NCBI GenBank assembly: GCA_044222475.1 | Contig: JBGANF010000001.1 | Span: 96,001 to 160,000, forward strand | DNA from: Polyangiaceae bacterium | GTDB taxonomy: Bacteria; Myxococcota_A; Polyangia; Polyangiales; Polyangiaceae | Reading direction: 5' to 3' | Length of the DNA stretch: 64,000 nt | Shown: positions 45,336 to 54,677 of the stretch, in pieces | Layout: the number at the start of each line of letters is the position of its first letter | Numbering within the stretch: position 1 is the first letter of the stretch | Program-made: the position numbers and the translations under genes | The notes under the pieces: generated by a model | Databases searched by the model: none | What the model was told of the DNA's origin: nothing | Seen by the model: the letters and a program-made list of their open reading frames with translations, nothing else

Positions 45336-45677
45336 ATGAGCTGCCTGTTCTGCAAGATCGTCGCGAAGGAGATCCCGGCCACCATCGTGCTCGAGAACGA
45401 GCACGCCCTCGCCTTCCGCGACATCCGCCCCGTCGCGCCGACCCACGTGCTCGTGATCCCGAAGAAGCACGTCGTCTCGATCACCGAGGCGACCGACGCC
45501 GATGGTACCATGTTGGGACAACTGCTCCTCCTCGCCCGCGACGTGGCGAAGAAGGAGGGCCTCGACCAGACCGGCTACCGCCTCGTGACGAACAACGGCG
45601 AGAGCGCGGGGCAGAGCGTCTTCCACGTGCACGTGCACGTCCTCGGCGGACGTGGGCTCTCGTGGCCGCCGGGCTGA
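45336..45677 (+). CDS. Histidine triad (HIT) nucleotide-binding protein
   Basis: CLFCKI...DIRPVAPTHVLVIPKKH...GQSVFHVHVHVLGGR. Confidence 0.95.
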   Translation: MSCLFCKIVAKEIPATIVLENEHALAFRDIRPVAPTHVLVIPKKHVVSITEATDADGTMLGQLLLLARDVAKKEGLDQTGYRLVTNNGESAGQSVFHVHVHVLGGRGLSWPPG

Positions 45678-45684
45678 TCCCGAC

Positions 45685-47034
45685 TCAGATCACCGCCCGC
45701 ACGTCCCTCGCCGCGTCTTCTCCGCTCCGGATCGCTCCGTCGATGTAGCCGTTCCAGATCAGCGCCGTCTCGGTGCCGGCCCAGTGGATCTTGCCCACCG
45801 GAGCCCGCAGCGCCGGACCGTACTGCGTCCAGGTGCCCGGACCGAGGAACCCGGCGTAGCAGCCGCGGGTCCACTCTTCGTCGGCCCAGTTGCGGTCCGC
45901 GTAGGACACGTACTTCTCGGCGGCGCGACCGAAGAGCCTCACGAGATCGGCGATGACCTCGGCCTTCCGGTCCTCGGCCCGTCCCCACGACAGGCGTCGC
46001 GCCGCGTTGCCCTCGATGAACCCGAGGAGGATCCACGGGCCCTCCGGCGGCGACGCGTCGAACGTGACGCCGACCGCGCCCTGATCGCTCACCGCGTGAC
46101 CCGAGAGACCTTCCTCCCGCCAGAACGGCCGGTCGTAGGTGACGAGGCACTTGATGCAGCTCCCCTGCGGAAACCGCTGCGTGAGCTGATCGCGCATGGC
46201 CGGCATGATCGGGTCGTACGAGATGCGACCCGCGAGCGTCGGCGGGATGGCGACGATCGCGCGCTTGGCTCGCACCTCGCGATTGCCGTCCGCGATCGCG
46301 AGCACGCCGCTCCCGTCTTGGCGCAGCGTGCGGACCGGCGCCGAGAGCACGATGCGATCACCGAGCTCCTTCGCGAGCCGATCGGCGACGAGGCCCGCTC
46401 CACCGACGAAGCGATCCTGCTGCGCGCCTCCTTCGGCGCCGAGCAGGATGTCGAGGCCCTGACCGCTGCGGATGTAGAAGAGCGCGTGAAGCAGCGAGAG
46501 GTCCTTCGGATCGGCGGCGAACACCGTCTCGAGCCCGATGCGAAAGAGCTCGCGCGCGAGGTGGGTCGGGATGTTTCGCTTCATCCACGTCTCGAGCGTC
46601 TGCCCGTCCCACTCGGCCGCCTTCGGCGCGGTCCACGGCGCTTCGAGCGGGACCTGCTTCGCCATGCGATCGAGCCGCGCCATCGCGATGCCGACGCCCG
46701 CGAGGTGCCACGGCGCGACGCGCGGGATCGTGCCGGTGTAGCGCACGCGCTTGCCGCCCGCGGCGAGCAGGTTCTTCCCCTTCGTCCACGTGCGGAACGT
46801 CTCGACGCCGAGCTCGCGCGCGAGGTCGTAGATGCGATCCTGGGTCGGACCGATCCACTGGCCGCCGATGTCGAGCCAGGTGCCGTTCGGTGAGCGCTCG
46901 GTGTAAACGCGGCCGCCGACGCGATCGCGCGCCTCGAGGACCTTCACCGAGACGCCGGCCTTCACGAGCGCCCGCGCGGCCGACAGCCCCGCGAAGCCAG
47001 CGCCGACGATCACCACATCCACCGTTTCTCTCAT
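45685..47034 (-). CDS. Flavin monoamine oxidase family protein
   Basis: VGAGFAGL, LEARDRVGGR, DIGGQWIGPTQ and HWAGTETA...GYIDGAIRSG motifs. Confidence 0.92.
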   Translation of the reverse strand: MRETVDVVIVGAGFAGLSAARALVKAGVSVKVLEARDRVGGRVYTERSPNGTWLDIGGQWIGPTQDRIYDLARELGVETFRTWTKGKNLLAAGGKRVRYTGTIPRVAPWHLAGVGIAMARLDRMAKQVPLEAPWTAPKAAEWDGQTLETWMKRNIPTHLARELFRIGLETVFAADPKDLSLLHALFYIRSGQGLDILLGAEGGAQQDRFVGGAGLVADRLAKELGDRIVLSAPVRTLRQDGSGVLAIADGNREVRAKRAIVAIPPTLAGRISYDPIMPAMRDQLTQRFPQGSCIKCLVTYDRPFWREEGLSGHAVSDQGAVGVTFDASPPEGPWILLGFIEGNAARRLSWGRAEDRKAEVIADLVRLFGRAAEKYVSYADRNWADEEWTRGCYAGFLGPGTWTQYGPALRAPVGKIHWAGTETALIWNGYIDGAIRSGEDAARDVRAVI

Positions 47035-47059
47035 GCGGGCTTCAAATTATCCTCGTCTC

Positions 47060-48271
47060 GTGTGCGACACCATCGTCGTCGTCCGTGACGGCTCCGTCCT
47101 GTTCGCGAAAAACTCCGACCGCGATCCCAACGAGGCGCAAGCGCTCGACTGGCAGCCCGCCCAGCAGCACGCGAGCGGCGCGCGGGTGCGGTGCACGCAC
47201 GTGGAGATCGACCAAGCGCGCGAGACGCGTGCGGTGCTGCTCTCGCGGCCCTTCTGGATGTGGGGCGCGGAGATGGGGGCCAACGACGCGGGAGTGGTCG
47301 CCGGCAACGAAGCCGTGTTCTCGCGCGAGAAGGTGCCCGAGCACGGCGGGTTGACCGGGATGGACATCCTGCGGCTCGCGCTCGAACGAAGCGCCACCGC
47401 GGAGCAGGCGGTCGAGGTGGCGATCGCCATGCACGAGCGCCACGGACAAGGCGGGCGCATGGGCCACGAGGACCACTCGTTCCGCTACTGGTCGAGCTTC
47501 CTCTTCGCCGACGCGCGGAGCGCGTTCGTGCTCGAGACCGCCGGGCGCAAGCTATGGGCGGTCGAGCGGGTGACGGCGGGCGCGCGGTCGATCTCGAACG
47601 GGCTCACCATCGGCGAGCTCGCCGCGCGTCAGTCGGACAAGCTCCGCACCCACTTCGCGCGCGCGGGCGAGAGGCGCGCGTGCACTACCCGGCGCGCGCG
47701 AGCAGCGACGTCCGTCGGGGATCTCATGGCGGCGCTCCGCGACCACGGCGGTGGCGGTGCGCCGTCGTTGCACCCCTCGCCGCGGTGGGAGCTCGCGACC
47801 GGAGCGATGCGTGCACCCTGCATGCATGCGGGCGGGCTCGTCGCGAGCTCGCAATCGGTGGGCTCCTGGGTGTCGGAGCTCGAGCCGAAGGGAGCGCGCC
47901 ACTGGGTCACCGGGACGTCGGCGCCGTGCATGTCGCTGTTCAAGCCGGTGGAGGTCGACGATCCGCTCGATCTGGGCCCATGGCCGAGCGATCGGTACGA
48001 CGGGCGCACGTTGTGGTGGCGCCACGAGAAGCTCCATCGAGTCGCGGCGCGCGATCCGGAGCGGGCGGCGGTCGCGTTCCTGCGAGAGCGTGACGCGGTC
48101 GAGGCGCAGTGGCTCGCGAGGCCGCCGACGCCGCGCGAGGCGTTCGCCGAAGGAGACGTCCTGCTCGAACGCTGGACGCGCGCAGTCGCGAATGGAGTCG
48201 GAGCCGACGTACGGCCGCGGACGGTGAGGCGCCATTGGCAAGCTCGAGACGCGCGGGCGGAACTGCCGTAG
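47060..48271 (+). CDS. Peptidase C69 / secernin family (Ntn hydrolase)
   Basis: GTG start gives (M)CDT with N-terminal nucleophile Cys; FAKNSDRDPNEAQ, WMWGAEMGAN, GMDILRLALER and CMHAG motifs. Confidence 0.88.
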   Translation: MCDTIVVVRDGSVLFAKNSDRDPNEAQALDWQPAQQHASGARVRCTHVEIDQARETRAVLLSRPFWMWGAEMGANDAGVVAGNEAVFSREKVPEHGGLTGMDILRLALERSATAEQAVEVAIAMHERHGQGGRMGHEDHSFRYWSSFLFADARSAFVLETAGRKLWAVERVTAGARSISNGLTIGELAARQSDKLRTHFARAGERRACTTRRARAATSVGDLMAALRDHGGGGAPSLHPSPRWELATGAMRAPCMHAGGLVASSQSVGSWVSELEPKGARHWVTGTSAPCMSLFKPVEVDDPLDLGPWPSDRYDGRTLWWRHEKLHRVAARDPERAAVAFLRERDAVEAQWLARPPTPREAFAEGDVLLERWTRAVANGVGADVRPRTVRRHWQARDARAELP

Positions 48272-48370
48272 CCGCTTCCGCTTCCGCTTCCGCTTCCGCT
48301 TCCGCTTCCGCTTCCGCTTCCGCTTCCGCTTCCGCTTCCGCTTCCGCTTCCGAGTCCGAGTCCGAGTCCG
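48272..48370 (+). repeat. Microsatellite (CCGCTT)13 followed by (CCGAGT)3
   Basis: Counted directly; starts at the first base after the C69 gene stop codon. Confidence 0.97.
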
Positions 48371-48592
48371 TCCCGGTTTGGGACGTGTGATGCTTGGGGC
48401 ATCCTCCGGTCGCTGGTGCCTACCCTGCCTCGCTCGGCCGTTCGATCGTGCCACGGTGCTCGGCCGGTTCAGGGCTAGGCACCGTCCGCCTTCGGCGGTG
48501 CGCGCAGGAGCGCGCCAGCCTTGAGCCGGCCTGCGCGCCGCGGCGGGCGAACGTGCCTTCGCGCAGGTGCGCCGGGGGCAAGGAGAATGACC

Positions 48593-48931
48593 ATGTTGCA
48601 GATTCAATCGTTTGCGTTCGACACCGTCGATCTTTGGCTCCCGTCGTCCGGGAGAGGCTGCCCAGGATCCGGACTTGGGGCGCCAGCTGCGGCGCGCGCA
48701 GCGTCCAGTATCGTCCTCAACTGAACATCGCCGAGGGTCACGGTTTCCCGTGACGGCATGGTGTCACGCCAACGCTTCCGCAGCTCGCGGAGGCCCTCGG
48801 CTCCACGCGCGAAACCGCTGCGGCGCTCTCGAGCTCGCGGCAGCCTGGGCCTTGGACTCACCCAGCGCGACGAACGCATCGCAGATGCTCTCGACTGCAT
48901 CGCAGCAACCTTGCATCGTCTCACGCGCTGA
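48593..48931 (+). pseudogene. Four-helix-bundle protein (23S rRNA IVP/Avd-like, TIGR02436-type), multiply frameshifted
   Basis: AGGAG RBS then ATG; fragments MLQIQSFA, SLAPVVRE, AAQDPDLGRQLRRA, ASSIVLN/LNIAEG, EALGSTRETAAAL, LELAAAW and DALDCIAATLHRLTR* lie in shifting frames. Confidence 0.8.
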
Positions 48932-48975
48932 AGGTTAGGCCGGCGGCCGCGCCGGTCGCGCGGCCCCGTTTCCCG

Positions 48976-49321
48976 TCACGCCGCCAACCGGTACAGCGTT
49001 CCGCGATGCGATCGAGCGCCGCGAGGCGATGACGCAGCACCTTGCTCGTCCCGTTCGACGTAGCCCCACGCTGCCGCGCAGCTCGAGCGCCAGAGCACGC
49101 CGGCGTTTCGCGAGTCGAGCTAAACGCCGTACGAAACCGCAGCCTGAGTTGCTGTATCTTGCGCGCGTACGTCCTGAGCCTTCCGCGATGTTGAGGACGA
49201 TGCTGGACGCCGCGCGCCGCAGCTGCCGCCCGAGGTCGGATCCTGCGCCGTGGTTTCCTCGGATCACCGCGGGAGCCAACGACTTCACGGGTTCGAGAGC
49301 AAACGTTTGAACTTTGAGCAT
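48976..49321 (-). pseudogene. Second four-helix-bundle protein gene, inverted, multiply frameshifted
   Basis: AGGAG RBS then ATG; fragments MLKVQTFALE, KSLAP, DLGRQLRRAASSIVLNIAEGSGRT, STRETPAC, LDRIA and TLYRLAA* lie in shifting frames. Confidence 0.8.
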
Positions 49322-49561
49322 GGTGTTCTCCTTGCCCCGCGCACGCGCGCGCGACGGCGTTTTCGCCGCGCCAGCTCGCGGAGGCGGCGTCAAGGCTGGC
49401 GCGCGCGTCGCGCATATCGTTCCGCCGAAGGCGGCGCTTCACGCGCGTCTTGATGCCGCCGAGCAAGCTGGCACGATCGAAAAAGCCGAGCGACGTGAGC
49501 AATACGCGCCGGAGCGCGACGCGCGAGCGTCATGTCCCATCGTCTGGCTGACCTAGACGCG

Positions 49562-49930
49562 CCGCTTCCGCTTCCGCTTCCGCTTCCGCTTCCGCTTCCG
49601 CTTCCGCTTCCGCTTCCGCTTCCGCCTGGGCGTCATCCGCTCCCGCTTCCGCTTCCGCTTCCGCTTCCGCTTCCGCTTCCGCTCGGAAAAGCCAGCGAGC
49701 ATCCGCTTCCGCTTCCGCTTCCGCGACCGCTTCCGCTTCCGCTTCCGCTTCCGCTTCCGCTTCCGCTTCCGCTTCCGCTTCCGCTTCCGCTTCCGCTTCC
49801 GCTTCCGCTTCCGCTTCCGAGTCCGCTTCCGCTTCCGCTTCCGAGTCCGCTTCCGCTTCCGCTTCCGCTTGCGCTTGCGCTTGCGCTTCCGCTTCCGCTT
49901 CCGCTTCCGCTTCCGCTTCCGCTTCCGCTT
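49562..49930 (+). repeat. Long interrupted (CCGCTT)n microsatellite with CCGAGT, GCGCTT and CCGCGA variants and two short inserts
   Basis: Directly visible; ends at the stop codon of the convergent gene 49930-50319. Confidence 0.97.
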
Positions 49931-50319
49931 CACTGCCGCCGCGGCAACCTCGCCAGCACCACGTCGACCGTCTTCCTCTGCTCCGGCGTCACCGCCAGCG
50001 CCGTGGCCCCCGCCTTCTCACAGAGGAGCGCCAGCACCGCGAGCTCGTTGCGATTCAGCTCCACCGTGCGCTCGACCGAGATCGACGGCACGCGGTAACG
50101 CACCGTCGCCCGCGTGTCGTCGACGACGAGGTCCGTCACCGGGCCGTTCTTGCCGGCGAGGTCGCGCGCGACACTGCGGATCAACCGCGAGCGGCTCTTG
50201 GCCTGGCGCACGACCGGGTCGTGAAAGAGCGCGAACATCCGGTTGCGCGAGAACAGATCGGGGACGAGTGCCATCCCCACCACGAGCGCATCCGCGTCGA
50301 AGCGCGCGTCAGTCGTCAC
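49930..50319 (-). CDS. Hypothetical protein co-transcribed downstream of prfA
   Basis: 129-aa ORF overlapping the end of prfA; normal codon usage. Confidence 0.65.
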   Translation of the reverse strand: MTTDARFDADALVVGMALVPDLFSRNRMFALFHDPVVRQAKSRSRLIRSVARDLAGKNGPVTDLVVDDTRATVRYRVPSISVERTVELNRNELAVLALLCEKAGATALAVTPEQRKTVDVVLARLPRRQ

Positions 50320-51418
50320 CGCCGTCTCCGTGGACGCTCGGCGCGGCGCCCATGCCAGCGGCGTGCAGCAGCTCCGCCTGCCGATGCGTGCGCAGCGCCG
50401 TGATGAGCTCTTCGATGTCGCCGCCGATGATGCGGTCGAGCTTGTTCAGCGTGAGCTTGATGCGGTGGTCGCTCACGCGGTTCTGCGGGTAGTTGTAGGT
50501 GCGGATCTTCTGGCTGCGCTCACCGGTCGACACCATGCTGCGCCGCGCCGACGCCTCCTCCGCTTCCTTCTTCTCGCGCTCGATGTCGAGGAGGCGCGAC
50601 TTGAGGACCTTGAGCGCCTTGGCCTTGTTCTTCAGCTGCGAGCGCTCGTCCTGGCACTTCACGATGATGCCGCTCGGCTTGTGGAGGATCTGCACCGCGC
50701 TGTTCGTCGTGTTGACGCCCTGGCCGCCGGGGCCGCCGCTCGCGGCGATCGAGAACTCGAGGTCCTTGTCCTCGATCTGGACGTCGACGTCTTCGGCCTC
50801 GGGCAGGACCGCGACGGTCGCGGTGGACGTGTGGATGCGCCCCTGCGTCTCGGTCGCCGGGACGCGCTGCACGCGGTGAACGCCGCCTTCGAAGCGGAGC
50901 TTCGCGTAGACGTCCTTGCCGGTGACGAGCGCGATGACCTCCTTGTAGCCGCCAGTCGCGCTCTCGCTCGTGCTGAGGATCTCGATCTTCCACCCCACAC
51001 GCTCGGCGTACCGCGCGTACATGCGGAAGAGATCGGCGGCGAACAGCGCGGCCTCTTCGCCGCCTTCACCGCTCCGAATCTCGAGGATGGTGTTCTTCTT
51101 GTCGTTCGGATCGCTCGGCAAGAGCAGGAACTGAAGATCGTTCTCGAGCTCGGTGCGCCGCGAGACGAGCTCCGGGATCTCCATCTCGGCGAGCTCGCGG
51201 AGCTCGGGATCGGCCAGGGCCGCCTCGTCCTCGGCGATCTTCTTCGCGACGTCCTTGTACTGCCGGTACTGCAAGACGATGGGCTCGATCTCGCCGCGCT
51301 CCTTGTTGAGCCGCGAGAGCTTGTTCCGATCGCCGAGGACGTCGGGCTGGCAGAGCAGATCGTCGAGCTCGACGTAGCGCTTCGAGAGTTGTTCGAGCCG
51401 ATCCAGCGGTAGCATCAC
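50309..51418 (-). CDS. prfA: Peptide chain release factor 1
   Basis: GGEEAALFA, EGGVHRVQRVPATE (PxT tripeptide), GGQ and KIRTYNYPQNRVSDHR motifs. Confidence 0.97.
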   Translation of the reverse strand: MMLPLDRLEQLSKRYVELDDLLCQPDVLGDRNKLSRLNKERGEIEPIVLQYRQYKDVAKKIAEDEAALADPELRELAEMEIPELVSRRTELENDLQFLLLPSDPNDKKNTILEIRSGEGGEEAALFAADLFRMYARYAERVGWKIEILSTSESATGGYKEVIALVTGKDVYAKLRFEGGVHRVQRVPATETQGRIHTSTATVAVLPEAEDVDVQIEDKDLEFSIAASGGPGGQGVNTTNSAVQILHKPSGIIVKCQDERSQLKNKAKALKVLKSRLLDIEREKKEAEEASARRSMVSTGERSQKIRTYNYPQNRVSDHRIKLTLNKLDRIIGGDIEELITALRTHRQAELLHAAGMGAAPSVHGDGGDD

Positions 51419-51422
51419 GCCC

Positions 51423-52622
51423 TCACGCCGCTTCGGCGCGCTCCTCGAGCGTCTCGCGGGCCATCACTGCGGCGTAATCCGGGAGGCGAACCTCGGTCGC
51501 GGAGTCGGGCGCGCCGCCCTTCTCGCGAAGGAGCGTCGTGCGGAGCGAGGCGAGCGCGACCTCGAGCTGATCGTCGTCGGGCTCGATCGTCGTGATCTTC
51601 TGCACGAGGAAGCCGGGCCACAGGAGCGCACGCAGCGGGCCCGTCGTGCAGTAGCGCGCGAACAGGCGCTGGAGCTCGAACGTGAACCCGGCGAGCACGG
51701 GCAGGAACGGAAGCTTGATGAGCAGGAACGCGACGAAGTCGAGCTTGGAGTTGCCGGTGTCGATCCTGGGGAGCACCGCGCCCAGCACCGTGAACATCAG
51801 GATCGACACGAGCACCACCATGACGAGGAACGTCGTCCCGCAGCGCGGGTGGAGCGTCGTCTTCGCGCGCGCGTGCTCCACGTCGAGCGGCTCTTCCGCT
51901 TCGTAGGTGGTGATCGTCTTGTGCTCGGCGCCGTGGTACTGAAACACGCGGCGAATGTCGGGGATTCGGCGGACCAAGAGCAGGTAGCCGAGCACGATCG
52001 AGAGCTTCGCCACGCCGGTGAGCGCCTGGAACCCCGGCGACTGGAGCGCGAGATCCAAGTGAAGGAGCCTCGCCACGCCGGACGCGACGAGCTGCGGCAG
52101 CGCGATCATGAACGCGACCATGATCACGAGCATCGGCGCCATGGATCGCCGACGCTCGGCCGGGAGCTCGGCCGCCGGGCTCACCCTCTTCGGGGCCGAG
52201 GTCTCTTCCTTCTCCTCTTGTTCTTCCTCGTCGTCCGGCTTGGTCGCGAGGACGAACAGCGAGTACCCGAGGCTCGACAGCACGTTCAGGGCGGACGGCG
52301 GCGTGGACCTCTTCTTCGGCGCCTTCTTGGCGTCGGCTTCCTGCGCCTCCTCTTCTTCGAGGTCGGCGACGAGCTGGTCGGACGAAAAGCGCAGGGCCTC
52401 GTTGCCCATGCGCAGCGACTCGACCAGGGAGTACATGCCCCGCATCAGGGGGAGCTTCCAGATGCCCGTGCGCTCATCGGTGGCGCTTCGCTCGCGGACG
52501 ACGAGCGAGCCGTCCTTGCGGCGCACGACGATCGCGAACGACTTGGGCGATCGCATCATCACGCCTTCGAGCACCGCCTGGCCCCCGATGTACGGGCGCG
52601 CGGGTTCTGCGCTATTTTGCAT
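51423..52622 (-). CDS. DUF1385 domain membrane protein
   Basis: IGGQAVLEGVMMR, VFQYHGAEHK, HPRCGTTF and QKITTIEP motifs; located between rpmE and prfA. Confidence 0.9.
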   Translation of the reverse strand: MQNSAEPARPYIGGQAVLEGVMMRSPKSFAIVVRRKDGSLVVRERSATDERTGIWKLPLMRGMYSLVESLRMGNEALRFSSDQLVADLEEEEAQEADAKKAPKKRSTPPSALNVLSSLGYSLFVLATKPDDEEEQEEKEETSAPKRVSPAAELPAERRRSMAPMLVIMVAFMIALPQLVASGVARLLHLDLALQSPGFQALTGVAKLSIVLGYLLLVRRIPDIRRVFQYHGAEHKTITTYEAEEPLDVEHARAKTTLHPRCGTTFLVMVVLVSILMFTVLGAVLPRIDTGNSKLDFVAFLLIKLPFLPVLAGFTFELQRLFARYCTTGPLRALLWPGFLVQKITTIEPDDDQLEVALASLRTTLLREKGGAPDSATEVRLPDYAAVMARETLEERAEAA

Positions 52623-52666
52623 GGACTTCGAAGATGCGCCCCGGGACCGCCCAAGGCAAGGGCGGA

Positions 52667-52924
52667 TCAGGCTTCGGGCTTCGGCTCGGGCGCCGCAGGC
52701 GCGGCGGCCGCAGCCGGAGCAGCGGCCTTCTTCTCGTAACGCTTGCGGAAGCGGTCGACGCGGCCCGCGGTGTCCATCAGCTTCTGGGTGCCGGTGTAGA
52801 AGGGGTGGCACTTCGCGCAGACGTCGACCTGCATGTCGCCTTTGGTCGAGCGCGTGACGAACGTGTTTCCGCACGCGCAGTTGACGCGCGACGCGGGGTA
52901 ATTGGGGTGAATGCCTTCCTTCAT
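52667..52924 (-). CDS. rpmE: 50S ribosomal protein L31 (Zn-binding type)
   Basis: MKEGIHPNY...CACG...[30 protein letters not shown]. Confidence 0.97.
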   Translation of the reverse strand: MKEGIHPNYPASRVNCACGNTFVTRSTKGDMQVDVCAKCHPFYTGTQKLMDTAGRVDRFRKRYEKKAAAPAAAAAPAAPEPKPEA

Positions 52925-53127
52925 GACTCCTGAGCTTTCTCGCATCCTCCGAAGAGGCCGGGGTCGCCAACGCGGCGAGGGGCCAATAGGAGGGGGCCGG
53001 GAACCTAACCGCTGTCCGCCACTCGCGCAAGCACGTGTTTCTTTGCGTTTCTTTTTGTGATTCCGGCCCAAACGGCCCCATAACGCTCCGCGTACCGCCG
53101 GCATCGAACCCGCCAACCGAGGACCGC

Positions 53128-54657
53128 ATGCGAACCACTGGCCTACCAGCCCTTTTCACCCTCCTCTCGATCCCTGCAGTTCTTCTCGCGAGCGCGCCGG
53201 CCCTGGCCGCCGATGCCCCGCCCGCAGCGAATCCCCCGCCTGCTCCTGCAGCCGGTGCGGCCTCGGACGACGCCGCCCGCGAAGCGGCGCTCTCGGCTCA
53301 GATCATGGCGCCGAAGGCAGGCGGGCTCACGGCCGACGCCGTCGGGAAGCGCGCGGCCCAGACGAGCTTCCAGGCCCAAGCGCAGGAGCAGGTGCTCCGC
53401 GGCGCGGCGGCGCGCGTCGACGCGGCGTGGGCTTCGTTCCTCCCCCGCCTGTCTGGCACGTTCCGCTACACGCGGCTGTCCGACCTCACGCCCCCGTCGC
53501 TCTTCAGCGGGACGGGAAACCTGGTCGGGACGACGGCGCCCGCAGGCACGCTGAACCCCTCGCCCACCGTCGCGATCTCGCTGAGCGGCGCGAGCTTCCC
53601 TGTGTTCCTCGACAACTGGCTCATCCAAGGCACGCTCGTCGTCCCGCTGAGCGACTACGTGTTCCGCCTCACGCAGAACTACGCCGCCGCCAACAAGTCG
53701 CAGCAGGCCGCCAAGTACGACCTCGCGGTCGCGCGGGCGAAGTCGGCGTCCGACGGAAAGATTGCATACTACAACTGGCTGCGCGCTCGCGGATCGGTGG
53801 TCGTCGCCAAGCTCGCTCTCGACGATCAGAAGACGCACCTGAACGACACGAAGAACCTCCTCGATGCCGGAAAGGCCTCGAAGGTCGACGTGCTCCGCGG
53901 CGAGACCGGCGTCGCCGCCGCCGAGCTCGCGGTCGAGCAGACGACCCACTTCGCCCAGCTCGGCGAGGCTCAGGTGCGCATCGCGATCCACGCACGAGAC
54001 GACGAACCCCTCGAGGTCGGCGAGACCATCGACGGAGACGTCGTGGCGTACGGCGGCATGCTCCCGCAGCTCGTCGCCGAAGCGCAGAGCTCTCGGCTCG
54101 AGATCAAGAGCCTCGACGCCACGGCGGACGCGCTGCATGGCCAGGCCACCGTCGTCCGCGCCGGGCAGTTTCCCTCGCTCAGCGCGGTGGGCAACGTGAC
54201 GGTCGCGAACCCGAACCAACGGCTCATCCCCCAGCAGGACAAGTTCTTCCCGACTTGGGACGTGAGCCTGCAGCTCACCTGGTCCCCGAACGACGTCGCG
54301 AGCTCGCGCGCGAACGGTGCCGACGTGGAGAGCAAGGCCGTGCAGATCGAGGCCCAGAAGCAGGCCGTCAGGGACGGCATCGCGCTCGAGGTGACCCAGG
54401 CGTTCCAAGCCGTGCAAGAGGCCGACTTCTCGCTGCGCTCGACCGACAAGCAGCTCGTGACCGCCCGCGAAGCCGTGCGCGTCGCGCGCGAGCTCTTCAA
54501 GGCCGGCCTCGTCACCTCGACGACCCTGACCGACGCCGAGACCGAGCTCACCCGAGCGCGGCTGGCCTCGCTCAACGCCCACGTCGACGCCCGGGTCGCC
54601 CGGGTTCGGCTCGATCACGCCCTCGGGCGCGACACGAAGGACGCGAAGGTCGACTGA
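53128..54657 (+). CDS. TolC family outer-membrane efflux protein
   Basis: Signal peptide and two OEP repeats (ASFLPRLS...AYYNWL...[16 protein letters not shown]...[16 protein letters not shown]). Confidence 0.88.
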   Translation: MRTTGLPALFTLLSIPAVLLASAPALAADAPPAANPPPAPAAGAASDDAAREAALSAQIMAPKAGGLTADAVGKRAAQTSFQAQAQEQVLRGAAARVDAAWASFLPRLSGTFRYTRLSDLTPPSLFSGTGNLVGTTAPAGTLNPSPTVAISLSGASFPVFLDNWLIQGTLVVPLSDYVFRLTQNYAAANKSQQAAKYDLAVARAKSASDGKIAYYNWLRARGSVVVAKLALDDQKTHLNDTKNLLDAGKASKVDVLRGETGVAAAELAVEQTTHFAQLGEAQVRIAIHARDDEPLEVGETIDGDVVAYGGMLPQLVAEAQSSRLEIKSLDATADALHGQATVVRAGQFPSLSAVGNVTVANPNQRLIPQQDKFFPTWDVSLQLTWSPNDVASSRANGADVESKAVQIEAQKQAVRDGIALEVTQAFQAVQEADFSLRSTDKQLVTAREAVRVARELFKAGLVTSTTLTDAETELTRARLASLNAHVDARVARVRLDHALGRDTKDAKVD

Positions 54658-54677
54658 GGCGTGATATTCCAAGGCGG

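Noticed and set aside
48272..49930. CRISPR array or diversity-generating retroelement
   Set aside because: The repeats are 6-bp tandem units without regular unique spacers, and no cas genes are present. The four-helix genes are Avd-like, but there is no reverse transcriptase or TR/VR pair with adenine-specific mismatches in the window.
49532..50098. ORFs encoding poly-(LP), poly-(KR), poly-(RF) or poly-(AS)
   Set aside because: These are translations of the stop-free CCGCTT microsatellite, with no RBS or protein-like context.
51423..53159. 578-aa version of the DUF1385 ORF spanning rpmE
   Set aside because: The upstream extension overlaps rpmE in another frame; DUF1385 homology begins right after ATG 52622.
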